64,000 nt of DNA from NCBI GenBank assembly GCA_963764165.1, contig CAVXRD010000001.1:1408001-1472000 (forward strand). Reading direction: 5' to 3'. Position numbers and translations under genes: made by a program. The DNA is from an uncultured Verrucomicrobiae bacterium. Its GTDB lineage: Bacteria > Verrucomicrobiota > Verrucomicrobiia > Limisphaerales > Palsa-1400. The notes beneath the pieces were generated by a model. It made no database searches. It saw only the letters and a list, made by a program, of their open reading frames with translations, and was not told the DNA's origin. The first letter of the stretch is position 1; the number at the start of each line of letters is the position of its first letter. Positions 51,390 through 61,053 of this stretch are shown in pieces.

Positions 51390-51932
51390 ATGAAAATCGT
51401 TTTCGCTCTTATTGCTCTGCTCGGTATCGCACAAGTCGTTATGGCTGAAGGAACACCTCTCCAATCCATTCCGTTGAAGGACATCGATGGCAAGGATACA
51501 TCGCTCAAAGATTATTCCGGCAAAGTGATTTTGCTGGTGAATGTCGCTTCTAAATGCGGCAATACGCCGCAATACGCCGGCCTCGAAAGCCTCTACGAGA
51601 AATACAAAGACAAGGGTTTCGTCATCATCGGCGTGCCTTCCAATGATTTCGCCGGCCAGGAGCCCGGAAGCCCCGAGCAAATCAAATCGTTTTGCACGGA
51701 AACATACGGCGTGAAATTTCCGCTGATGGAAAAGGCGCACGTAAAAGGAAAAGAGAAGTGCCCACTTTACGCGGCGCTCACGGGGCCAGACGCCGCTTTT
51801 CCCGGCGAAGTGAAATGGAACTTTGGCAAATTTCTCATCGGCAAAGATGGGAAAGTTGTGAAGCGTTTTGAACCTTCGGTGAAGCCGGAAACGCCGGAAG
51901 TTGTGCAGGCCATTGAAGCCGCGCTTAATTGA
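51390..51932 (+). CDS. Glutathione peroxidase family (Cys type, exported)
   Basis: VNVASKCG, PSNDF, QEPG, WNFGKFL. Confidence 0.92.
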   Translation: MKIVFALIALLGIAQVVMAEGTPLQSIPLKDIDGKDTSLKDYSGKVILLVNVASKCGNTPQYAGLESLYEKYKDKGFVIIGVPSNDFAGQEPGSPEQIKSFCTETYGVKFPLMEKAHVKGKEKCPLYAALTGPDAAFPGEVKWNFGKFLIGKDGKVVKRFEPSVKPETPEVVQAIEAALN

Positions 51933-51993
51933 GCAGCGGCAGTTTCTGTCAACAGATTTTGGAAGCGGCGGTAATCCCGCCGCTTCTTGCTTT

Positions 51994-52188
51994 GGTAGGG
52001 ACGCCTCGCCGAGGCGTCCGGGGACGTGGCGGTTTGTGGGCGTATAATTCGCGCTGAGGTCGGGGCAAGCCAAAAGATTTTTGTGCGGAGCGTTTGAAAG
52101 GAAGATAACGTTGGTAAACCGCAACGGCATCGGACGCCTCGGCCCGCCTTCGCCAAGGCTCTGGCGCGGTAAACGAGGCGTCCCTATC
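51994..52188. repeat. REP family A doublet
   Basis: GGTAGGGACGCCTCGCCGAGGCGTCC...GGACGCCTCGG[insert]CGAGGCGTCCCTATC. Confidence 0.75.
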
Positions 52189-52244
52189 TTAAACAGACGA
52201 ATCCCCTTGGAGACTGTCGCAAAAAGGATTATTAGAAATCCTGC

Positions 52245-54068
52245 GTGATGGATCTGGTCGATCTCAGTCTCAAGCGGGCAACCATTGGGAACTATAAAAG
52301 CATCAAGCGCGTCGAGTTGGATAACTTGAACAACCTCGTGCTGTTGATGGGCCGCAATAACGCGGGCAAATCCAATTGCCTTGACGCCTTCAAGTTTGTT
52401 TCGGAAGCCGCCATCAGTTTCGATCACGCCACCGCCGATCGCGGCAAGGGGCTTCTGGAAGTGGTGCATCGCAAGCGGGCGGAGGAGACGGTTGAATTTC
52501 TCTTTGAATTCACGCTTGCGCCAAAGCGGCGCGGCGAATTGATAAATCGCCTTTACACCGGCAATTCCCACGCCACAGCGGCGCAAGTTTTGCCATCTGC
52601 TTTTCTCACCAAGCTCCTGCTGAAGATTGCGATCACCAGCGATTCGTTTAGCGAAGAATTGGCCACCCCGAATCTTTCCGGCTCGAAGCCGTTCGTCATT
52701 TTCTCTGTCAAAGGAACAGCCTTCAGCGTCGAGGCGTTGTGCGGGCAATTGGAAGGGCTGTGCCGGCGATGCAGCGGCGAATTGCCGGACGAACCGCTCC
52801 GAATGGAAACCAATCCCGACCTCATCGCCCCCTATCGCCTGCGCCTGGGCCAGCCGGAAGGTTGCGCGGCCTTTCCCATTTCCCATGAAATTGCCGACGC
52901 CATTCATCAGCAATTCACCAACCTCGAATGGGCTGATCCGCTGCGGAAAGTGCCAAGCACTTCTCCGATCCTGGGCGAGCATCGATTGGCCGCGGACGTG
53001 TCTAATCTGCCGGATGTGCTGCATTGGCTCTACAACAACAAGCCCAAGCAATTTCGAAAAATTGAATCGGAAGTTTCCAAATTGGTTCCTGACCTCGGGA
53101 AACTTTACACCCCCACCATTCAAAACGAAGCGACGCTCGGCATGATCGACGACGCGGACGAAGACCTCGTCTACTCCATCGACCAGATGAGCTTTGGCAC
53201 GCGCTCGCTGGTGGCGATTGTGGCGAAAGTCGTATTGACAAAGCCGGGCGGCTGGGTCTGCGTCGAGGAGCCGGAAACGTATTTGCATCCGAAGGCGCAA
53301 ATCGGCCTGTTCCAATTTCTGCGCGAGGAATCGAAGTCAAAACGAATTTACATTGCGACGCATTCCACTTCCATCGCGGCTTCGTGCCCGCTGTCGTCGC
53401 TGTTTATCGTCCAGCGCGGGCCGGACAAGGCAACAGTCGTCGTGCCCGTCACGGCCAAAGAGGCGCCGGAAGTCATCGAGCAGCTTGGCGTGAAGCCTTC
53501 GTTCAGTTTCGAGTCGGACGCCATCGTGTTTGTCGAGCAGCCGGAGCATGTTCTGATTTTTGAGGCGTGGGCGCGCAAGTTCAACTTTCACATCCGAGTG
53601 CAGTTCCTCGATATGGAGGGCGCGAACACCTTGCACTATTATGCGAACACGCGCATCGCGATGAGCAGTTTCGTCCACACGCTCGTGTTCGCGGTGTTTG
53701 GAAACGGAAGCGACGCGGCCAGCCGCTGCCGCAAGCCGTTGATCGAGCGCCTGCAACTGCCGCCGGAGCAAGTCGTCACCACGGATTTTCCCGATCTCGA
53801 GGGTTACTTGCTGGACGCAAATTTGATCAAGAGCGCGTTCCCGTCCATTTCACTTTCGGCGCAGGATTTGGACACCAGGCTGTTGGCGGCCTTGACGTCG
53901 GCGGAACAGAAGAAGGCGCTCAATGAACTGCTCACCCAATTCCGCCTTGGAGAATATGATGGGAATGTGGGCGCGCGCCTCGCTTCGTTGATGGGAGAAA
54001 TTCCGCCGGCTATTCGCCAGCTTTTCGAGCTGCTCGACGCCAGCGCGAAGCCTTATTGGAAGATTTGA
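52245..54068 (+). CDS. OLD-like ABC ATPase with degenerate TOPRIM-like C-terminus
   Basis: NYKSI, GRNNAGKS, MSFGT, VEEPETYLHP, ATHS; IVFVEQ and DLEGYLL. Confidence 0.8.
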   Translation: MMDLVDLSLKRATIGNYKSIKRVELDNLNNLVLLMGRNNAGKSNCLDAFKFVSEAAISFDHATADRGKGLLEVVHRKRAEETVEFLFEFTLAPKRRGELINRLYTGNSHATAAQVLPSAFLTKLLLKIAITSDSFSEELATPNLSGSKPFVIFSVKGTAFSVEALCGQLEGLCRRCSGELPDEPLRMETNPDLIAPYRLRLGQPEGCAAFPISHEIADAIHQQFTNLEWADPLRKVPSTSPILGEHRLAADVSNLPDVLHWLYNNKPKQFRKIESEVSKLVPDLGKLYTPTIQNEATLGMIDDADEDLVYSIDQMSFGTRSLVAIVAKVVLTKPGGWVCVEEPETYLHPKAQIGLFQFLREESKSKRIYIATHSTSIAASCPLSSLFIVQRGPDKATVVVPVTAKEAPEVIEQLGVKPSFSFESDAIVFVEQPEHVLIFEAWARKFNFHIRVQFLDMEGANTLHYYANTRIAMSSFVHTLVFAVFGNGSDAASRCRKPLIERLQLPPEQVVTTDFPDLEGYLLDANLIKSAFPSISLSAQDLDTRLLAALTSAEQKKALNELLTQFRLGEYDGNVGARLASLMGEIPPAIRQLFELLDASAKPYWKI

Positions 54069-54082
54069 TCGATTCTTGGAAA

Positions 54083-54169
54083 CCCATTGGTCCCATTATT
54101 CCCATCTCTATGGGAGGAATGGGGACCAAGGGGAATAATGGGACGGCTCGGCAGGAGCCTCGCCCTGCC
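54083..54169. repeat. REP-like family B
   Basis: CCCATTATTCCCAT...ATGGGACGGCTCGGCAGGAGCCTCGCCCTGCC. Confidence 0.7.
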
Positions 54170-54174
54170 AGCGT

Positions 54175-54513
54175 CTACAACGCTTCCGCGCCTTTCTCCT
54201 CGGTGCGAATGCGGACTGCGTCCTGAACCGACGTCACATATACTTTGCCATCACCGTTCTTTCCTGTCTTGGCGGCGCTGAGAATCGCATCCACTGCAGG
54301 CTGAACTTCGCTGTCTGCCAATACTAATTCCAGTTTGACTTTGGGCATCGACTCCGCGCTGTATTCCTTGCCTTCAAACATCTCGGTGCGGTCGTGATGG
54401 CGGTCAAATCCCGAAACCTCGCTGACCGTCATCCCGCTGATTCCAAGTTCAAACAATGCATCACGCACCTCGTCCAATTTGAACGGCTTGATGATGGCTT
54501 CGATTTTCTTCAT
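54175..54513 (-). CDS. P-II family nitrogen regulator, atypical T-loop
   Basis: MKKIEAIIKPFKL, TGKNGDGK, RIRT; 112 aa. Confidence 0.92.
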   Translation of the reverse strand: MKKIEAIIKPFKLDEVRDALFELGISGMTVSEVSGFDRHHDRTEMFEGKEYSAESMPKVKLELVLADSEVQPAVDAILSAAKTGKNGDGKVYVTSVQDAVRIRTEEKGAEAL

Positions 54514-54570
54514 TCACTCCGGGCTGCAAAGACACGACTTGCGCGACTTGGTTTCCGGAATGAATTGATG

Positions 54571-54587
54571 AGCATTGAGAATGCCAG
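54571..54587 (-). promoter_or_regulatory. Putative sigma54 promoter of the P-II gene
   Basis: Minus strand CTGGCATTCTCAATGCT = GG-N10-GC, about 57 bp upstream of the ATG. Confidence 0.55.
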
Positions 54588-54733
54588 AGAGATCAGAATT
54601 CCTAAATCGTGCGGGCATCCATTAGTTGATGCGATTGGAAAACAAATTTCTTGTCCGTCGTGACAAGGAAATCACGCAGAATGAGCAAATTTCGCCATCC
54701 TCCCACGCCAAAGCTACGGAGGACAGGGATGCC

Positions 54734-56512
54734 TTACGTTGTCACATGCTCAGGCTCGACCCATTTGCCGTGTTCCTGGATCAGGTCAACCAGTCGGTCA
54801 ACGGCTTCTTCCTCGGGAATGTTGAACTTCACCGGATTCTTGCCGACGTAAAGATTGATCTTGTTCGGCGCGCCGCCGACGTATCCGAAATCAGCGTCCG
54901 CCATTTCGCCGGGCCCGTTGACGATGCAGCCCATGATGGCGATTTTCACGCCTTTCAAATGCTGGGTGCGCGTTTTGATTCGCGCGGTCACGGTTTGCAG
55001 ATTGAAAAGCGTGCGTCCGCACGAAGGGCACGCGACGTAATCGGTCTTGAAACTCCGGCAACCTGCGGCCTGCAGTATATTGTAAGCAAGGCGCAGGCTT
55101 TGCCCGCCGCCTGCTTCGCCGCGAACCAAAATTGCGTCGCCGATCCCATCCGCCAGCAATGACCCGATCACCATCGCCGCGCGCAACAGCGCGATCTTCG
55201 GCTCCAGCGGCACCGGTTCAAATGTCAGGCAGTCCTTCAACAAAATTGGATTTGTTCGCCCGAGCCGTTTCAATTTCAACGCCAGCAGGCGGAACGCCGC
55301 AACCGGTGGAAGCGCGAGGTCATCCTTCACGGTGACAAGCTGCGTGTCGCAATTGATTTCAAAATCCTTGGTCGGGTCGATCTCGAAGATGTTCAAATCC
55401 TCGTAAACTCCCTCCGGGCGAACATCATCGCGCGGGCGGATTTTCGGCGCGACTTTTTCCCACGTCGCCCGCGTCACGACGACCCGCACCGTCTGCTGAC
55501 CGCCGCATTTGATTTGCTCGTTAAGCTGGATTTCCGGCGTCACCCGGCGGTCGAATGCGAAGGGCTCAAAGGGCCAATCCTTCTCAGAAAGCCCGGTGGC
55601 GTCCGCGCTGGTCAGCAACGGAACCTGCCCCAGCAAATCCGTGCAGACGGCGATTTCGTGCGGAGAATCCTCTGTCAACGAAACACGAATCGTGTCGCCG
55701 AGGCCGTCGCACAAGAGCGAGCCGATGCCGATGGCGCTCTTGATGCGCCCATCCTCGCCTTCGCCCGCTTCGGTGACGCCGAGGTGGATCGGATAATTCC
55801 AATCCGGCCCAAGCTCCTCCAATCGCGCCACCAGCATGCGGTAGCATTCGATCATGACCTTGGGATTGCTCGACTTCATCGAGAATTTGAAATTGTGAAA
55901 ATCGCAGGCGCGGGCGATGCGGGCAAATTCCAGCGCGCTCTCGACCATGCCGAGCGGCGTGTCGCCGTAACGGTTCATGATGCGGTCGCTCAAGGAGCCG
56001 TGATTGGTGCCGATGCGCATGGCGCGGCCCAATTGCTTGCAGAACAAAACCAGCGGCTTGAATTGCTCTTCGATGCGGACAAGTTCCGCGCCGTACTGGT
56101 CGTCACTGTATTCGCGAATGGCAAACTTCTTCTTGTCAGCGTAATTGCCGGGATTGACGCGCACCATCTCAACCCATTTGGCAGCTTCCATGGCGGCTTC
56201 GGGCTTGAAATGGATGTCGGCGACAATGGGCGTCAGGCAGCCGCGGGCGCGCAATTCGGCCACGATATTCCGCAAATTCGCGGCGTCTTTCACAGTGGGC
56301 GCGGTGATGCGCGTGATCTGGCAGCCGACGGCGGCGAGTTCGAGAGATTGCTTCACGCACTCGGCGGTATCCATCGTGTCGCAGGTGATCATGGATTGCT
56401 TCACGACTGGATGGCCGCCGCCGATGATGACGCCTCCGCGGGCTGGATCGCCCACGATGACTTCGCGGGTGTGGCGACGACGGTAAAGGAAGGGAGATTC
56501 GCAGTAACGCAT
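54734..56512 (-). CDS. ispG: HMBPP synthase (long form)
   Basis: VADIHF, RVNPGN, RIGTNHGS, HLGVTEAG, CPSCGR, MGCIVNGPGE. Confidence 0.96.
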   Translation of the reverse strand: MRYCESPFLYRRRHTREVIVGDPARGGVIIGGGHPVVKQSMITCDTMDTAECVKQSLELAAVGCQITRITAPTVKDAANLRNIVAELRARGCLTPIVADIHFKPEAAMEAAKWVEMVRVNPGNYADKKKFAIREYSDDQYGAELVRIEEQFKPLVLFCKQLGRAMRIGTNHGSLSDRIMNRYGDTPLGMVESALEFARIARACDFHNFKFSMKSSNPKVMIECYRMLVARLEELGPDWNYPIHLGVTEAGEGEDGRIKSAIGIGSLLCDGLGDTIRVSLTEDSPHEIAVCTDLLGQVPLLTSADATGLSEKDWPFEPFAFDRRVTPEIQLNEQIKCGGQQTVRVVVTRATWEKVAPKIRPRDDVRPEGVYEDLNIFEIDPTKDFEINCDTQLVTVKDDLALPPVAAFRLLALKLKRLGRTNPILLKDCLTFEPVPLEPKIALLRAAMVIGSLLADGIGDAILVRGEAGGGQSLRLAYNILQAAGCRSFKTDYVACPSCGRTLFNLQTVTARIKTRTQHLKGVKIAIMGCIVNGPGEMADADFGYVGGAPNKINLYVGKNPVKFNIPEEEAVDRLVDLIQEHGKWVEPEHVTT

Positions 56513-56515
56513 GGT

Positions 56516-57955
56516 TCAATGAGCCCCTTGCGGAGCGGGAGCATTGGCCGGGGCTGGATGTTCCACCTGCTCCGCCGGCTCGATCTTGGTTTGACGATTG
56601 TAAAGCATCCGCAGCAACGGCAGCCGTTTGAGATCGAAAAAGGTGATGTAAAGCATCAGCGAAATCAGCAAGACGGCAAAAACGGTTGTCGTATATTCCA
56701 GGAACCGCACCTCCATCGGGCGGCGGCGTATTTTTTCGATGATCGCCATGACGATATGCCCGCCGTCAAGCACAGGAATCGGCAGCATGTTGAGAATGGC
56801 CAGGTTCAAATTGAGCATGACAAGGAAATGCAGGGCCAGGCGGTAATCGGATTTCACCTCGACGGCCAGCATGCTGGCGATGCCGACCGGACCAGCCAGA
56901 TCGCTGGCGCGCACGCCGCTTTGCCTCCAATGCACCAGCGCGGAAAACGTCCCCGCAAGCTGGCTCAAGACATCGCGCAACTGCTGCATCGGCAGCGGAT
57001 GTTCGATGGCGAAATGATCGGTGCCGGGCGCAAAGAAGAAGCCGATCACAAAGCTTTTCTCCCCGGGCTCCTTGGGATTTGAGTCGAGCACCGGCGTCAC
57101 TTCAAAAGCGACTTCCTTGTCGTTCCGTTTGACGACCATGGCCGTCGGCTTCCCGCCCCATTTTTGCACAAGGTTGGTAAATTGTTCGTGGCTGGTGATG
57201 AGCGCCCCGGCCAAGGACACGATTTCGTCTTTGGGTTTCAGGCCAGCTTTCTCCGCTGGCGAACCCGGCTTCACCTCTCCCACAATCAGATGATCCTTGG
57301 GGGCGAGGTTGAACATCTTGCCCAATCCTGGCGTGGACTCCGCGACGATCGTGTAATTATTCGAGGTGGCATCCCGGACAATCGTCACCTGAAACTGATT
57401 GGTCAGGGCAAGAATCGTAAAGTGGTAGATATCGTCCCATGATTTTACCGGTTTGCCGTCGATGGCCACGATTTTGTCATCTTCCTTGATCCCCATTTTT
57501 CCTTCTGGGGAGTCTGGATTCACGTAGCCAATGATCGGCGGGCTGACATGAACCGGCAAACCCACAAAATAAATCAGCCCCGCCAAGGCAAAAGCGAAGA
57601 TGACGTTCATGGCCGGGCCGGCGGCTGCCACGAGAATCTTGGACAGCGCGGAAACCGGAGGAAGGATCTCGGTCTCCAGCGATTCCGAGGGCTTCGGTCC
57701 GCCCTCAAGCGCCGCGGACGTAATCATTTGCGGCAATTTGACAAACCCGCCCGCCGGAATCCACCGCAGCGAATAAAGTATATTATTCTTCGTCCACGAA
57801 AAAATCGGCGGCCCGAAGCCGATGGCAAACTCCTCGACCTTCAAGCCCCGTCGGCGCGCGACCCAGTAATGGCCGAACTCATGCACAAAGATGGCCGCCC
57901 CGAAGAGGAAAACGACCCCTACGGCGATGTATAAGTAACTTAATATCTGGCTCAT
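56516..57955 (-). CDS. rseP: RIP metalloprotease with PDZ domains
   Basis: HEFGH, two PDZ domains, NMLPIPVLDGG. Confidence 0.93.
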   Translation of the reverse strand: MSQILSYLYIAVGVVFLFGAAIFVHEFGHYWVARRRGLKVEEFAIGFGPPIFSWTKNNILYSLRWIPAGGFVKLPQMITSAALEGGPKPSESLETEILPPVSALSKILVAAAGPAMNVIFAFALAGLIYFVGLPVHVSPPIIGYVNPDSPEGKMGIKEDDKIVAIDGKPVKSWDDIYHFTILALTNQFQVTIVRDATSNNYTIVAESTPGLGKMFNLAPKDHLIVGEVKPGSPAEKAGLKPKDEIVSLAGALITSHEQFTNLVQKWGGKPTAMVVKRNDKEVAFEVTPVLDSNPKEPGEKSFVIGFFFAPGTDHFAIEHPLPMQQLRDVLSQLAGTFSALVHWRQSGVRASDLAGPVGIASMLAVEVKSDYRLALHFLVMLNLNLAILNMLPIPVLDGGHIVMAIIEKIRRRPMEVRFLEYTTTVFAVLLISLMLYITFFDLKRLPLLRMLYNRQTKIEPAEQVEHPAPANAPAPQGAH

Positions 57956-58191
57956 TCAACAACCCGCCTTGAGGGCAAGCACTTCAATCTAATGGGACAG
58001 CCGCCAGATGGCAACATCACTCTAATTTCACTTTTCTCCGTCGACCGGATAAGCTAAACCCATTGGGTTCCTCGCCATTTTCGGTGCAATGAGACAACTC
58101 GTTAGCCGTCATTGCGGGACAACCCATTTGGAATCCAGGCTTGGCACTGGCTTGGCCAAAGCTCGGTATAGCGTATGATCTCGAAAAAGGG

Positions 58192-58271
58192 GCAACACCC
58201 GCTACACGGTTGACCATCAACGAGATAAGGGGCAACAAAAATAGCAACAAACCCGCAACAGACCCGCAACA
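58192..58271. repeat. Phased GCAACA direct repeats
   Basis: GCAACA at 58192, 58232, 58244, 58255, 58266. Confidence 0.55.
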
Positions 58272-58520
58272 TTTCTTCCCGCGCTGTCGGGTTGCATGAA
58301 ACGCGGCGTCTTTCCGTCGTTCCCTGAAAATTTTCATCAAGATGCCTGCACCATCATTGTTCCATTGAAAACAGCGAGGAACCCAACAAAAAGGGTCGGC
58401 ACGGGTGATTCGGAGGGTCTGCATTGGCGCTGGGCCTATTCAATGCGGGGATCTGGAATTATCGGCACGGCGTCGCGAGACTAGCACCAGTGCTTTTAGG
58501 ATCACAGCTCCAGTATCACC

Positions 58521-58560
58521 TAATCGCACCTAATCGCAGTAAATCGCACCCAATCGCACC
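58521..58560. repeat. 10-bp tandem repeat x4
   Basis: TAATCGCACC TAATCGCAGT AAATCGCACC CAATCGCACC. Confidence 0.8.
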
Positions 58561-58628
58561 CCTTTTTAATAAAATGAATCGAGACCCGAACCGCATGTGT
58601 GCCATTGACTTCCATTCGCCCTCATCCA

Positions 58629-60614
58629 ATGCTTGAACCACGCGTGAGACGTTTTCGATTTGCTTTCGGTATCGCTGGGGGTATCGTCTTCCTCGCTGGC
58701 GCGCAGGCGGACGCGCAAACGGTAACCATCGATACGTCCCCAGCGGGATTGCGCCAGATCATTGATGGCTTCGGAACTTGCCAATCTGGAGCCGAGGCGA
58801 TTCAAACCACGTGGTGGACAAACCTCTATTTCGGCGATCTTCAAGCGTCCATGCTGCGGATGGATCTTTCGCCGTCGTTTATTTCGCCGTATTCGGATAA
58901 TTCCTACAATTCCCCCGGCTACGGGAATCCCGGCCCCGGCGGCAATTACGTCCGCGCCTACACCAACGCCGCCAACTATACGAATATCTTCAACGGCAGC
59001 CAGAGCAGGATTGCGGTGATGGGGCCGAACATTGACTCGAACATTGCCTATTTCAATTTCACCGCCAGCGGCAGCGGGCAGCAAGTGGCCGGGTTGACCG
59101 CGCAGGCCGGGAAGGCGGCGGTCACCGCGCTGGGCGATTTCAAGTTATTCGGCTCGTTCTGGTCGCCGATGCCGTGGGTGAAGATGACCGATGGAAATAC
59201 ATATCAGGGCGGCGGCGCAGGACTGCCGGCGGATGGCGCGCCGTTCCCGTTCATCTGGCTGGGGAATTTCGCGGGCGGCATGTTTGACACATCGGGCACA
59301 CCGCTTCCGCAGTTTGACGATTCCGCGCTAGGCGGCACGGGGCCGACCAGCGCATTGACACAATTTGCCCGCGCCACCGCCGCTGAATTGCGCGGATTTC
59401 AAAATGCCTACGGCGTGCCGTTTTACGCCATCAGCCTGCAAAATGAATTGGACTTCGATGAGTTCTACAACAGTTGCTTTTATCCGCTTGGGGCGGGATA
59501 TGTCGCGGTGCTCAAGGCGGTTCGCGCGGAATTGGATCAGTATCCTGATCTCGCCGGCATCAAAATCATGGGGCCGGAGGATGTGCTTTCCGGCGGCGCC
59601 TACGGCATGTGGCAATACCGGAGCGGCAGCACGGAGGCGGATAAGAATCTGCAATTCCTCCAAGACGTGGCCGCTGATCCGGCTGCCGCCGCGGCGGAAT
59701 CGTTCTTCTGCATTCACGGTTACGACAGCGATGGAGTCAGCGCCGCCGCGGCGACGCCCACGCAATGGGATTGGTGGGTGAACGGCTGGGGCGCAAGTCC
59801 CGGCCCCGGCATTCCGAACAACGTTTCTGGCATCGCGGCCTACGGCAAGAAATCGTGGATGACCGAAACGTCCGGCGAAGACACGACATGGCTGAGTCCC
59901 TCTACCGGATTTCCCGGCAACGGCGCATGGAGCATTGCGTTGCGCATCCAGCAAGCGCTGACCGCCGGAAAAGAAAGCGCATGGGCCTACTGGCAAATGA
60001 CGGATGGAAGCCCCGTCGGCTCAGAAACGCTCACCGATTCGTCCACCCTGACGAATTCGCCCAAATACGTGGCAGTCAAACATTTTTTTCGCTACATTCG
60101 CCCCAATTCAATTTGTGTCAACACGGCTGTGACCGGGGCGTCCGCGCTGACTGCCTGCGCCTTCTGGCATCCGACCAACGGCACAATGACCATGGTCCTG
60201 ATCAACGCCACGAATACGCCTGCACAAGCCACGATTCAATCCCCGGCGAATCCTGTTGGCATTACTTCATGGCAAACTTATACCTCAAGCTCGGGAAGCT
60301 ATTGGCAGTCTTCGACAAATTCGATCACCAATGGAAATGCCACCGTCAATGTGCCCGGCTACGGAGTAGTGACGTTATACGGAATGTCCCCGCCGAAGCT
60401 AACGGCGAGCCTGTCAACAAATGGCGCGATAAACCTCGCGTGGCCGCCGAGCGCGAATGGGTTCCAATTGCAATTTACGACCAATTTATCGTCCCATTCT
60501 TGGTCGGCAGTGCCTGCGGGACTTCTCGCAACCAACGGAATAACCAACGGACTTGTCAGTGCAAGTGTCGCCCAAGCTGCTCGGCCCGGATTCTATCGGC
60601 TGAAGATGCCCTGA
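58629..60614 (+). CDS. Secreted GH30-like glycoside hydrolase with C-terminal Verrucomicrobia-type domain
   Basis: QIIDGFG, ISLQNE (acid/base), WMTE (nucleophile), FFRYIRP; ends GFYRLKMP. Confidence 0.8.
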   Translation: MLEPRVRRFRFAFGIAGGIVFLAGAQADAQTVTIDTSPAGLRQIIDGFGTCQSGAEAIQTTWWTNLYFGDLQASMLRMDLSPSFISPYSDNSYNSPGYGNPGPGGNYVRAYTNAANYTNIFNGSQSRIAVMGPNIDSNIAYFNFTASGSGQQVAGLTAQAGKAAVTALGDFKLFGSFWSPMPWVKMTDGNTYQGGGAGLPADGAPFPFIWLGNFAGGMFDTSGTPLPQFDDSALGGTGPTSALTQFARATAAELRGFQNAYGVPFYAISLQNELDFDEFYNSCFYPLGAGYVAVLKAVRAELDQYPDLAGIKIMGPEDVLSGGAYGMWQYRSGSTEADKNLQFLQDVAADPAAAAAESFFCIHGYDSDGVSAAAATPTQWDWWVNGWGASPGPGIPNNVSGIAAYGKKSWMTETSGEDTTWLSPSTGFPGNGAWSIALRIQQALTAGKESAWAYWQMTDGSPVGSETLTDSSTLTNSPKYVAVKHFFRYIRPNSICVNTAVTGASALTACAFWHPTNGTMTMVLINATNTPAQATIQSPANPVGITSWQTYTSSSGSYWQSSTNSITNGNATVNVPGYGVVTLYGMSPPKLTASLSTNGAINLAWPPSANGFQLQFTTNLSSHSWSAVPAGLLATNGITNGLVSASVAQAARPGFYRLKMP

Positions 60615-60630
60615 CGACCAACTGCTTTTG

Positions 60631-61053
60631 TCACGCAGATGGAGATGATTCCTCAACCCTGATTTCAATCGGCACCTTAAGTTTTTTGAGACATGAAACT
60701 ATTGAAAAAAAACGCAAACGTTGGAAGACATAGTCAATTTCCACGCGCTTCCCTTCGGCGTAGAGCTCATTCAACTCCCTCGTGTTCGCGTAACGGAGCC
60801 AAGTAGTTTCTTTGCCGTCTTCCCCTAACATGACAAATACTTCGGGTCCGTGCCAGCAGCCCTCGCGCAGTTTAACAATCGTCCCGGCAATACGAAACGT
60901 GCGCAATTTGCCAAGTTTGATTTTCTGCCACCATTCGTCAGAGCCAAATAGTCCATGTGTTCTCGCATATCCCAATCTTAAAGTTGACAGGGTCGCTCGC
61001 TGCGCCGACTGAATGCCGCGCTCGTCCTTGCTTAGTTGGTAGACCGGTATCAC
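60631..61053 (-). CDS. Hypothetical protein (140 aa)
   Basis: GTG start overlapping the upstream TGA (GTGA); HGLFGSDEWW segment. Confidence 0.6.
   Translation of the reverse strand: MIPVYQLSKDERGIQSAQRATLSTLRLGYARTHGLFGSDEWWQKIKLGKLRTFRIAGTIVKLREGCWHGPEVFVMLGEDGKETTWLRYANTRELNELYAEGKRVEIDYVFQRLRFFSIVSCLKKLKVPIEIRVEESSPSA

Noticed and set aside
58017..58424. 135-aa minus-strand ORF
   Set aside because: No motifs, atypical composition, runs through the repeat tract.
58521..58560. CRISPR array
   Set aside because: Repeats are 10 bp without spacers; no cas genes or repeat-spacer arrays in the window.
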